Origin: Candidatus Methylomirabilia bacterium
GTDB taxonomy: Bacteria > Methylomirabilota > Methylomirabilia > Rokubacteriales > CSP1-6
DNA length: 33,170 nucleotides
Direction of reading: 5' to 3'
Assembly (NCBI GenBank): GCA_041497895.1
Contig: JBGQHJ010000038.1
Span: 1 to 33,170, forward strand
Part shown: piece after piece, positions 25,423-32,834 of the stretch
Position numbering within the stretch: the first letter of the stretch is position 1
How the letters are laid out: every line of letters starts with the position of its first letter
Notes under the pieces: generated by a model
The model's database searches: none
What the model was told of the DNA's origin: nothing
Seen by the model: the letters and a program-made list of their open reading frames with translations, nothing else
Position numbers and translations under genes: made by a program

Positions 25423-27523
25423 GCTTGGTCTCCTCCAGCTTCGCCTTCACCTCGCGCAGCTCGTTGACGTCCTCGACCAGCCCCTTCGGGCAGGAGTTGC
25501 CGCTGATCACCCGCTCCCAGCCCGCGGCCAGGGGCAGCTTGCTCCACGGCCGGCCCTTGGCCCCGGGGAGGGCAACGTCGATGAAGGTGCGCGTGCAATT
25601 GATCGGGCACCACTTGCAGACGGTGTCGGCCGCGGTGGTGCTGGTGTAGGTCAGCGCGGCGATGGCCTCGAAGCCGCGGAACCGGCTCGCGTGCCCACCC
25701 CCGCTCTCGCGCCAGTCGGCCGCGCAGAGAGCGGCGCCGATGGCGCCGGCCTCGCCCGAGTAGGGGTGCAGGACCACCTCCGCCTCCGGCACCTTGCCGC
25801 GGATGAAGTCGACCTGGGCCTTCACCACCGCCATGTTCCGGTGGGTGCCGCCCTGGAGCACGAACTTGCGCCCGACCGACCGCAGGTTCTGGAGCTGTCC
25901 GGCGTAGATCCAGACGTTCACCGGCAGCACCGCGGCGAGCGCGGCCATGATCTCCTCGGCGGCCCACCCCTTGCGCTGCTGGTTGACGATGTCGGACTGG
26001 AGGAACACCCCGCAGCCCATCGCCAGGGTGGGCATCGCCTTGGCCGCGAAGGCCTTCTCGGCGTAGGCCTCGAGGGGGATCGAGTAGCGCTCCGCCACCC
26101 CCTGGAGGAACGCCCCGTTGCCGGAGGAGCACTGCGAGTTGAGCCGGAAGTCGGCCACCGTGCCCTGGCGCAGGATCATGATCTTGACGTCGGTGCCGCC
26201 CACGTCGCAGATCACGTCGGCGTCGGGGTGGAAGTGGAGCGTGCCGGTGGCGTGGGCCACCGTCTCCACCACCGCCACGTCGGCCCCCACGACGTCCTTC
26301 AGGAGATCCTTGCCGTAGCCGGTGAGCGCCAGCCCGCCCACGTTCGGGTAGCCCGCCTCCCGCACCTGGCGGAAGAGCGACTGCGCGTCCTCGATGGGAT
26401 TGCCCTTCGACAGCGCGTAGCAGGTGAAGAGCAGCTCGCGCTCGGGGGAGACCACCACCGCCTTGGCGGTGGTGCTGCCGAAGTCGCAGCCGATCAGCAC
26501 CGGCCCCGCGATTTCCGCCGCCGCGCGCGCGGTCGCGCTTCGCTTCAGATCGTACTCGGCCACGAACGACTGGAGATCGGCGGCGCAGGCCACGAGGGCC
26601 CGCCCGCCCGCCTTGGCCTTCTGCTCCTGCTGGCCCTCCTCCACCCACCAGCGCAGCCGGTCGCGCCCCTCGTACACCGCCACGCCCTCCGGCTCCCCGG
26701 CGCCGATCTCCACGCAGCCGAGGCAGGCGTAGTAGAGCGCCTCCGCGGGCACCGTGATGCAGGAGGCGGCGTCGCGCCCGTCCGGCAGCGCGATCTTCCG
26801 CTGCTCCCACAGCTTGGCCAGGTGATGGCGCCAGGCCTCCTGCAGGCCGCGGAAGAAGAGGTTCGGGCCGCCCAGCAGCAGCACCTCGGGCGACGGGGTG
26901 TTGCCCTTGGTCAGGGTGGCGAGGTTCTGGTAGACGACCGCCTCGAAGAGGCTCGCGATGATCTCCTCGACCGGCACCCCGGTCTTCACGAGGGTGTTGG
27001 CGTCCGTCTCGGCGAAGATGCCGCACTTGCTGCTGACCTTGTGGAGGCTCATGCCTGCGTAGGGCAGCCCGGCCAGGGTTTCGGTCGCCACCTGCAGCTT
27101 CCGCGCGGTCTTCTCGATGAAGGTGCCGGTGCCGCCGCTGCACGCCGACTGCATGTAGACCTGCTTGGAGCGGCCGGTGCCGGTGGGGGTGAAGAAGATC
27201 GTCTTCATGTCCTCGCCGCCGATCTCCGACACGAAGCGCACGTCCGGGTGGAGCTTCTCCACGCAGGCCGCGACCGCGACCACCTCCTGGATCATCTTGG
27301 CCCCGGCCAGCGGCCCCAGCAGGCCGGCCCCGGAGCCGGTGAAGAAGACGCGGTCGCGGCCGGCCGTGACCTGCGCCTCCTCCTCCATGCGGCCGAGGAA
27401 CTCGAGCACCTTCTCGGCCTGGCGCGTGTTGTGGCGCTGGTAGTCCTGCCACACGACCTTTCCATTCTCCACCGCCACCGCCTTGACCGTGGTCGATCCG
27501 ACGTCCATTCCGACGAGCTTCAT
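25340..27523 (-). CDS. Tandem BadF/BadG/BcrA/BcrD (ASKHA) ATP-dependent activase, PlsA/Ger N-terminal-like
   Basis: Two ASKHA modules (GMDVGSTT..EIGGED..CSGGTG..CGIFAE; GCDFGSTT..DVGGTD..CSSGNG..CGVFLQ) plus CKWCPINC..GNSC Cys motif; ATG 27523 overlaps the upstream TGA. Confidence 0.92.
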   Translation of the reverse strand: MKLVGMDVGSTTVKAVAVENGKVVWQDYQRHNTRQAEKVLEFLGRMEEEAQVTAGRDRVFFTGSGAGLLGPLAGAKMIQEVVAVAACVEKLHPDVRFVSEIGGEDMKTIFFTPTGTGRSKQVYMQSACSGGTGTFIEKTARKLQVATETLAGLPYAGMSLHKVSSKCGIFAETDANTLVKTGVPVEEIIASLFEAVVYQNLATLTKGNTPSPEVLLLGGPNLFFRGLQEAWRHHLAKLWEQRKIALPDGRDAASCITVPAEALYYACLGCVEIGAGEPEGVAVYEGRDRLRWWVEEGQQEQKAKAGGRALVACAADLQSFVAEYDLKRSATARAAAEIAGPVLIGCDFGSTTAKAVVVSPERELLFTCYALSKGNPIEDAQSLFRQVREAGYPNVGGLALTGYGKDLLKDVVGADVAVVETVAHATGTLHFHPDADVICDVGGTDVKIMILRQGTVADFRLNSQCSSGNGAFLQGVAERYSIPLEAYAEKAFAAKAMPTLAMGCGVFLQSDIVNQQRKGWAAEEIMAALAAVLPVNVWIYAGQLQNLRSVGRKFVLQGGTHRNMAVVKAQVDFIRGKVPEAEVVLHPYSGEAGAIGAALCAADWRESGGGHASRFRGFEAIAALTYTSTTAADTVCKWCPINCTRTFIDVALPGAKGRPWSKLPLAAGWERVISGNSCPKGLVEDVNELREVKAKLEETKRDYPNVAEMVRKDAFRRPRAGEPAVAG

Positions 27524-29058
27524 CAGCGCGCCTTCGCGGCCACGCGCAGGACCAGGTTGGCGGCCCGGCCCGCGCAGCCCAGGTGGGGCACCGGGTAGGT
27601 CGCGCGCTTCATCGTCGGATGCGCGTCGAGATGGGCGCGCACCTGCTCGATCGTCATGCCGCTCCGGGCGAGCGCCTCGTCGAACTCGCGCTGGGCCCGC
27701 TTCTTGGCCTCGGTGAGGATCATCTGGCAGCGCGAGAGCGCGTGCACCTCCGCGTCGCCCTTGATCTCCAGCGGCGCGTAGAGCAGGTCCGGATGCTTGC
27801 CGATGACGCCGGCCATCGCCCCGATGGACATCGTGTTCGGCATGCACGAGTAGGGCGACAGCTCGCAGATCATGTGGGCCTTCTTCCTCTGGTGGGCCCA
27901 GATCGCCTTGCCGACCAGCATGTCGCCCTCGCCGCCGTCGAGGCGGCTGTGGAAGTAGGGCGCGGCCAGGCGCCGCAGCTCGAGCTGGTGCGGGATGGCG
28001 CGCGGGAGATTGCCCATCGCCCGGCGGAGCCGGGCCACGACGCCGCGGTAGATCGCCTGCGCGGTCCGGCCGAGCCCGAGCTTGAGGCGCGCGCCCTTCT
28101 CGATGCCCGAGTAGTCCTCGAAGCGCTGCAGCCCCAGGCGCAGCAGGTAGTCCATCCACACCGTGATGCCGGCCGGGTAGACCTCGGCACCCTCCGCCTC
28201 GAGCCAGCGGTGGATGTTGTAGTTGGGATCGCCCTCGACGGTCTGGAGATAGAACTCGCCGGTGATCTTCACCACCGGCTTCACCCGCAGCCGGTCCACC
28301 TCGATGGCGTCGAACTTGCGGCGGATCTGCCGCATGGCCTTCGCGAAGTAGCCGGTGGTGAGGAACCAGAGCACGGACCGCCAGGGGCCGTGCTTGGGCC
28401 GGTGGCGGAACGCCTGGTAGAGGAGCTCGATCGACTCCCGGACCACCGCCTCGGTCTGCCCCGGCACGACCTCGAAGGGCCGCACCTGGTATTCGAGGTC
28501 CTGCACCAGATCGGTGCAGAAGATGGCCCACAGGCAGCCGAGGGTGACGGGCAGGTTCAGGTCGAGGCCGTCGCCCATCGCCGCCTTCTGGTCGAGCTGG
28601 TCCTGGGCGAGCAGGAACATGCGGAAGGCGTCGAGCCCGGAGTTGCGCAGGGCGAGCTCGTAGCTCTGGTGGTACTGGCCGAAGCGGCAGGCCCCGCAGG
28701 AGCCGGCGGTGAGGTAGACGAACTTCTTGTTCACTTCCTCGGCGCTGGTCGCCTTCGCCTCCTTCTTGAGGAAGTTGACCAGGTTGCCGGTGGTGAAGCT
28801 CGTCGGGCAGCACTGGCCGATGTCGGCCACCTCGCGGCCGGTGAGCAGGTCGTCCTTGGTGGCCACCGGCAGCACCTGCGCCTGGTGCCCCGCGCTCTCC
28901 AGCACCGCCTGCAAGACGCGCTCGACGCGCCAGTGGAGGCCGCCGAACAGGATGGTCACCGAATCGCGCTCGGCGCGCGTGAACGGACGCGGAGTGTAGG
29001 CGCGGTAGTGGCCGCCGGCCCGTCGCTCGGTGGGTCGCTCAGTGATCGCGGTCGCCAT
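27523..29058 (-). CDS. 2-hydroxyacyl-CoA dehydratase-like Fe-S subunit (PlsR-like)
   Basis: QCCPTSFTTGN, GSCGACRFGQY, KITGEFYL, GGEGDM, SPYSCMPN; SD AGGAGG. Confidence 0.85.
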   Translation of the reverse strand: MATAITERPTERRAGGHYRAYTPRPFTRAERDSVTILFGGLHWRVERVLQAVLESAGHQAQVLPVATKDDLLTGREVADIGQCCPTSFTTGNLVNFLKKEAKATSAEEVNKKFVYLTAGSCGACRFGQYHQSYELALRNSGLDAFRMFLLAQDQLDQKAAMGDGLDLNLPVTLGCLWAIFCTDLVQDLEYQVRPFEVVPGQTEAVVRESIELLYQAFRHRPKHGPWRSVLWFLTTGYFAKAMRQIRRKFDAIEVDRLRVKPVVKITGEFYLQTVEGDPNYNIHRWLEAEGAEVYPAGITVWMDYLLRLGLQRFEDYSGIEKGARLKLGLGRTAQAIYRGVVARLRRAMGNLPRAIPHQLELRRLAAPYFHSRLDGGEGDMLVGKAIWAHQRKKAHMICELSPYSCMPNTMSIGAMAGVIGKHPDLLYAPLEIKGDAEVHALSRCQMILTEAKKRAQREFDEALARSGMTIEQVRAHLDAHPTMKRATYPVPHLGCAGRAANLVLRVAAKAR

Positions 29059-29875
29059 TGCGTTGTCCTCCTGGTGCGGGGGCGCCGGCGGCGGGGCTCC
29101 CCAGGTGTCGATGTATCCACGCCTCGAGAAGCTGCACCGTCTCGAAGCCGGGCAAGCGCCGTATGGTGTCGTCGACCTTGCGGGCCGCGGCGCGGCCTTC
29201 GGGTCCGGAGAAGAGATAGGCGGCCAGGAAGCGCAGCTCGTCGTCGGGCTGGACGCCGCTGCCGACCGGGGCCCAGAAGCGGTCCACCAGGACGCGCGCG
29301 ATGCGGGCCGCGGCCCGTCGCTGCATGCGGATCTCGGCCTGGCGGTAGTAGAAGAAGAAGTGGCGCGACTCGTCGAGGACGATGCGGTCGAGCAGATCGG
29401 ACAGCACCGGGTGGGGCGACACGAGGGCGAGCCGCCGATAGCCGGTCAGCGTGGTCAGCTCGTTGATGGCGCCCCACGTCATGTGCACCGCGCAGAAGTC
29501 GGGCCAGGCCTTCGAGACCATGGCGGTGGCCGCCGCTTCCGCCCGCTTGGCGAGCGACTCCCGCCCCCGGGGGGTGGCGCGGGGACCGACCGGCGCGCCG
29601 GCCGCCTCCAGGAAGTGCGAGATGGCGATGCCGTGGAACGTCTCCTCGTAGAGCCAGCAGGCCAGGAAGGTGGCGACGTCGGGGTCGTCGATGGCACGCG
29701 TGGCGAGCAGGCTCCGAAGGTAGATGATGGTGTGGCTCTCGATGTCCTGCATGTAGCGGAGGGTCCGGATCGTCTCGGGGGGCACCGGATGCCGTGGCAC
29801 CAGGGCCCAGTCGATGGCCGACAGGTCCACGGCCCGCGAGCGTTCCACATACGTACCGAGGTCGAACGCTGGCAT
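29039..29875 (-). CDS. Ferritin-like diiron protein, soluble acyl-ACP desaturase-like
   Basis: Diiron ligand pattern DIE / WLYEETFH / INELTT / RIVLDESRH parallels WTAEENRH / QE / DEKRH of acyl-ACP desaturases; overlaps the next gene by 20 nt. Alternative GTG start at 29899. Confidence 0.82.
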   Translation of the reverse strand: MPAFDLGTYVERSRAVDLSAIDWALVPRHPVPPETIRTLRYMQDIESHTIIYLRSLLATRAIDDPDVATFLACWLYEETFHGIAISHFLEAAGAPVGPRATPRGRESLAKRAEAAATAMVSKAWPDFCAVHMTWGAINELTTLTGYRRLALVSPHPVLSDLLDRIVLDESRHFFFYYRQAEIRMQRRAAARIARVLVDRFWAPVGSGVQPDDELRFLAAYLFSGPEGRAAARKVDDTIRRLPGFETVQLLEAWIHRHLGSPAAGAPAPGGQRNGDRDH

Positions 29876-29887
29876 CGGTCGAGTCAC

Positions 29888-29916
29888 TTCATACGACACT
29901 GCGGATCGTATTTCAA
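29888..29916 (-). promoter_or_regulatory. Possible promoter with overlapping operator-like palindrome for the diiron/Pls-like operon
   Basis: Minus strand TTGAAA-N17-TATGAA (weak -10); inverted repeat ATACGA-N9-TCGTAT at 29891-29911. Confidence 0.35.
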
Positions 29917-29974
29917 TGTTCGTCCCATGTCCTGGCCCGTGTCCTTGTCTACGACCCGCCCCCGGGGGGTGGAT

Positions 29975-30601
29975 TCAGGCCCCGGGCTCCTCGGCGCAAT
30001 AGGTCCGGACCATCTCGGCCAGCCCCGGTCCCCTCGGCACCGGCTCCGTCGGGCCGACCACGGTACGGTGGCGGATCACCCCGCCCCGGTCGACCAGGAA
30101 GAGCCCCTGCTCGAGCGCGGTCATGGCGTGGTGGTGCAGGCGGCGGACGAAGTTGCGGTTCATCACGTCGAGCCAGGCGCCCCGGAGCTGGGGCCCGGTA
30201 TCCCCGTGGGTGAAGGCGTAGGAGAAGCTCACCACCGCGGAGCGGGTCGCCTCGAGCGCGCCGCGATCGCCCAGGCCGTACACCGCGAACAGGCGCTTGT
30301 CGGGGTCGCAGACGAACGGGTACGGCGTGGGGCTGTGCCCAAAGAAGGTGCGCGCGGCCTGGAGCAGGTTGGGCCCGACCTGGATGATCTCGGTCCCCTC
30401 CTCCCGCAGGCCCTCGTAGCCCTCGGTCATCCCGTCCATGTAGACCCGGCAGAAGGGACAGGTGAAGCCCCGGGAGAACCAGACGACGACGTTGGAGCGG
30501 CCCCGGTAGGTCGCGAGGTCGACCGTCGCACCCTGGACCGAAGTGAGGCTGAAGAGCGGCGCCGGCTGGCCGACGGTCGGCGGCTGGGTCTCGGACGCCA
30601 C
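29975..30601 (-). CDS. Peroxiredoxin-like (AhpC/TSA, redoxin) protein
   Basis: VGQPAPLFSL, WFSRGFTCPFC (CxxC), PYPFVCDP..LFAVYGL, GLFLVDRGGVIR. GTG 30601 preferred over 30640. Confidence 0.85.
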   Translation of the reverse strand: MASETQPPTVGQPAPLFSLTSVQGATVDLATYRGRSNVVVWFSRGFTCPFCRVYMDGMTEGYEGLREEGTEIIQVGPNLLQAARTFFGHSPTPYPFVCDPDKRLFAVYGLGDRGALEATRSAVVSFSYAFTHGDTGPQLRGAWLDVMNRNFVRRLHHHAMTALEQGLFLVDRGGVIRHRTVVGPTEPVPRGPGLAEMVRTYCAEEPGA

Positions 30602-30608
30602 GGGTCCG

Positions 30609-30617
30609 AGAATAGCA
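30609..30617 (-). promoter_or_regulatory. Extended -10 promoter for a probably leaderless Prx-like gene
   Basis: Minus strand TGcTATTCT, then 7 nt, then GTG 30601; no SD. Confidence 0.5.
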
Positions 30618-30652
30618 CGCGGGTCCACGCGCTCCCGCACGCGACGGATACA

Positions 30653-30681
30653 TTGACGCGCCGCCCCGGGCTCGTTACGCT
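30653..30681 (+). promoter_or_regulatory. sigma70-type promoter of the Cys-containing hypothetical gene
   Basis: TTGACG-N17-TACGCT, about 45 nt upstream of GTG 30728. Confidence 0.6.
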
Positions 30682-30727
30682 CCCGGGGAGAGTGGTCGGT
30701 CCATCCGAGGGCTCAGAGGGGGTACCG

Positions 30728-31426
30728 GTGAGCCAGAGCACCATCCACATCGTCTACGACTTCGCGTTCCCCGATGGCGGCGCCAAGTCCTACACCGTCG
30801 CGCTGGACCGCGCCACGCTGTCCTACCTGCCGAGCAGCCACGAGCCGGCGCCGGTCTGGGCCCGGCTCGAGAACCACCAGTGCGGCCACTGCCCGCTCAG
30901 CCCTGCGGAGCATCCCTACTGCCCGGTGGCCACCAATCTCTCCGCGGTCGTGGAGTTCTTCAAGGACAAGGCCTCGGTGGCCGAGGCCACCGTCACCGTC
31001 ACCACCGAGGAGCGGACCTACGTCAAGCAGCTCCCGCTGCAGCGCGGGATCTTCGGCATCTTCGGCCTCGTCATGGCCACCAGCTCGTGCCCCTACATGG
31101 ACTTCCTCAAGCCGATGGCCCGCTTCCACCTGCCGTTCTCGACCGCCGAGGAGACCATCGTGCGCTCGGTCTCCATGTACCTCCTGCACCAGTACTTCGT
31201 GGCCAAGCGCGGCGGCGCCCCCGATCTCGGCCTCGAGCAGCTCGAGACGCACTACGAGAACATCCAGAAGGTGAACGACGGCATCCTCGAGCGCATCAAG
31301 GGCGTGGTCCTGAACGACGCCGACCTCAACGCCCTCATCATCCTTCAGGGCTTCGCCGATCTCCTGACCATGGCGATCTCGAAGGACCTCTCGAAGATCG
31401 AGCCGCTCTTCTTCCGGAAGCCCTAG
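30728..31426 (+). CDS. Conserved hypothetical protein with CxxC..C..C motif (resembles DUF6901 family, from memory)
   Basis: WARLENHQCGHCPL..YCPVA, EERTY, GLVMATSSCP, KPMARFHLPF; strong coding codon bias; SD GAGGGGG. Confidence 0.8.
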   Translation: MSQSTIHIVYDFAFPDGGAKSYTVALDRATLSYLPSSHEPAPVWARLENHQCGHCPLSPAEHPYCPVATNLSAVVEFFKDKASVAEATVTVTTEERTYVKQLPLQRGIFGIFGLVMATSSCPYMDFLKPMARFHLPFSTAEETIVRSVSMYLLHQYFVAKRGGAPDLGLEQLETHYENIQKVNDGILERIKGVVLNDADLNALIILQGFADLLTMAISKDLSKIEPLFFRKP

Positions 31427-31431
31427 CTACG

Positions 31432-31501
31432 ACCGTGATTCGGCCGCTCTAGCGGCCGGCTTGCCCTCGCTCCAACCGTGATTCGGCCGCTCTAGCGGCC
31501 G
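31432..31501. repeat. Two exact 27-bp direct repeats, each with a GC hairpin (REP-like / bidirectional terminator-like)
   Basis: ACCGTGATTCGGCCGCTCTAGCGGCCG at 31432-31458 and 31475-31501, 16-nt spacer; internal palindrome CGGCCGCT-CT-AGCGGCCG; lies between convergent genes. Confidence 0.9.
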
Positions 31502-32424
31502 TCGTTCTCGAGCACCTCCTTGAGCTGCTCCACCGGCACCGCGATCTTCACTCCCGCCCGCTCCTCCTGCAGCAGCATGGCCACCCGCGAGTCGCGCTCG
31601 CCCCAGCCGCGATTCATGGCCTCGGTCAGCTCCTCCAGGGCCAGGTTGGCCATCCTCATCGGCACCCCCAGCTCGCGCGCGAGGCCGACGGCCAGCGAGA
31701 CGTCCTTGTGGCTCAGGCGGAGCGCGAAGGCGGGCGGATCGAAGGTGCCGGGCAGGAACTGATCGGCGAGGCCGTCGAAGGTGCGACGGCGGCCACCCGC
31801 GCCCTGCCGCACCGCCTTCCAGAGGGTGAGCGCGTCGACCCCGCCCTTGACCCCCATCGTGAACACCTCGGCCAGCGCGGTCTGCACCGCGTAGCCCGCG
31901 CAGTTGTGGACGAGCTTGGCCACCGAGCCCGCCCCGATCGGCCCCACGTAGTAGGGCTGGTCGCCGATGGCGTCCAGCACCGGCTTGAAGCGGTCGTAGA
32001 CCTCGCGGTCCCCGCCGATCCAGAGCGCGAGCTTCCGGCTCTTGGCGCCCTTGGGCCCGCCGCTCACCGGGGCGTCGAGCACGTGGATGCCCTTCTCCTT
32101 GAACGCGGGGTAGAGCCGGCGCATCAGGGCGGGCGAGTTGGTGCTGAGGTCGAAGTAGGCCGCGCCCTTCTTCATGCCGTGGATGAGCCCGTCGGGACCG
32201 AGGGCGACCTGCTCCACCTCCTTGGGTCCGGGCAGCGAGGTGAAGACCGCCTCCACGCCCTCCGCGACCTGGCGCGGGGTGTCCTTCCAGATCGCGCCCG
32301 CCTTCAGATGGGGCGCCGCCGCGTCTTTCCGGATGTCGCTCACCTGCAGCTCATGGCCGCCCGCTTGCAGATTGGACGCCATGCTGGCGCCCATGGTGCC
32401 GAGACCGATGAACCCGACTTTCAT
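31492..32424 (-). CDS. NAD(P)-dependent beta-hydroxyacid dehydrogenase (3-hydroxyisobutyrate dehydrogenase / GarR family)
   Basis: MKVGFIGLGTMG, DAPVSGG, catalytic AKLVHN, FALRLSHKDV; ATGA overlap with the upstream CMD gene. Confidence 0.93.
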   Translation of the reverse strand: MKVGFIGLGTMGASMASNLQAGGHELQVSDIRKDAAAPHLKAGAIWKDTPRQVAEGVEAVFTSLPGPKEVEQVALGPDGLIHGMKKGAAYFDLSTNSPALMRRLYPAFKEKGIHVLDAPVSGGPKGAKSRKLALWIGGDREVYDRFKPVLDAIGDQPYYVGPIGAGSVAKLVHNCAGYAVQTALAEVFTMGVKGGVDALTLWKAVRQGAGGRRRTFDGLADQFLPGTFDPPAFALRLSHKDVSLAVGLARELGVPMRMANLALEELTEAMNRGWGERDSRVAMLLQEERAGVKIAVPVEQLKEVLENDGR

Positions 32425-32753
32425 GCCTTCTTCTCCTCGAAGACCTGCTTCACGACCTTGGCCGCCGACATCGCGCTGGGCCAGCCCGCGTAGAAGGCCA
32501 GGTGGGTGATGAGCTCGCCGATCTCCTCCCTCGTGACACCGTTGGCGAGCGCCCGCTCGGTGTGGCCCTTGAGCTGGTCGGGACGGTACATCGCCATCAG
32601 GGCCGCCACCGTGATCAGGCTCCGATCGCGCTTGGAGAGACCGGGGCGCTCCCAAATGTCGGGGTAGACGAGGGTCTCGGTCAGCTCGATGAGCCGGGGG
32701 GCCACCGTGCGGACCTCGTTGCGGGACGTCGATACCGCGGCTGGCAGGGTCAT
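32421..32753 (-). CDS. Carboxymuconolactone decarboxylase (CMD) family protein
   Basis: DIWERPGLSKRDRSLITVAAL, HTERALANGVTREEIGELITHLAFYAGWP; SD GGAGGAGG. Confidence 0.92.
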   Translation of the reverse strand: MTLPAAVSTSRNEVRTVAPRLIELTETLVYPDIWERPGLSKRDRSLITVAALMAMYRPDQLKGHTERALANGVTREEIGELITHLAFYAGWPSAMSAAKVVKQVFEEKKA

Positions 32754-32802
32754 CCGTGCTCCTCCTCCTTCGAGTGGGACTCCCGTGGACACCGGAAACG
32801 CG

Positions 32803-32808
32803 TAGAAT
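32803..32808 (+). promoter_or_regulatory. -10 element TAGAAT upstream of MBL hydrolase
   Basis: TAGAAT 26 nt before ATG 32835, followed by SD AAGGAG; no clear -35. Confidence 0.45.
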
Positions 32809-32834
32809 CCTGCCACGGGAAAGGAGACTTGACC

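Noticed and set aside
24205..27523. Calling the activase/DUF2229 pair a frameshifted pseudogene
   Set aside because: Both parts keep their motifs, and the second has its own SD and GTG with an altered-codon overlap, favouring a real split (still to be verified on reads).
27524..28813. N-terminal 429-aa extension of ORF 25340..28813
   Set aside because: Off-frame read-through of the PlsR-like gene; Arg/Pro/Gly-rich junk. The real start is MKLVGMDVGST at 27523.
25340..29058. Benzoyl-CoA reductase (bcr/bad) or glutamate-fermentation hgd assignment
   Set aside because: The tandem-fused activase with CxxCxxxC linker plus DUF2229 matches the PlsA/Ger-type layout; no CoA-transferase, ferredoxin or aromatic/amino-acid pathway genes are adjacent.
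29030..30727. N-terminal part of the 798-aa ORF 29030..31426
   Set aside because: Antisense shadow of the diiron and Prx-like genes; the real gene starts at GTG 30728 after its own promoter and SD.
31432..31501. CRISPR array
   Set aside because: Only two repeats, a 16-nt spacer (too short), no cas genes or leader, and the second repeat overlaps a CDS stop.
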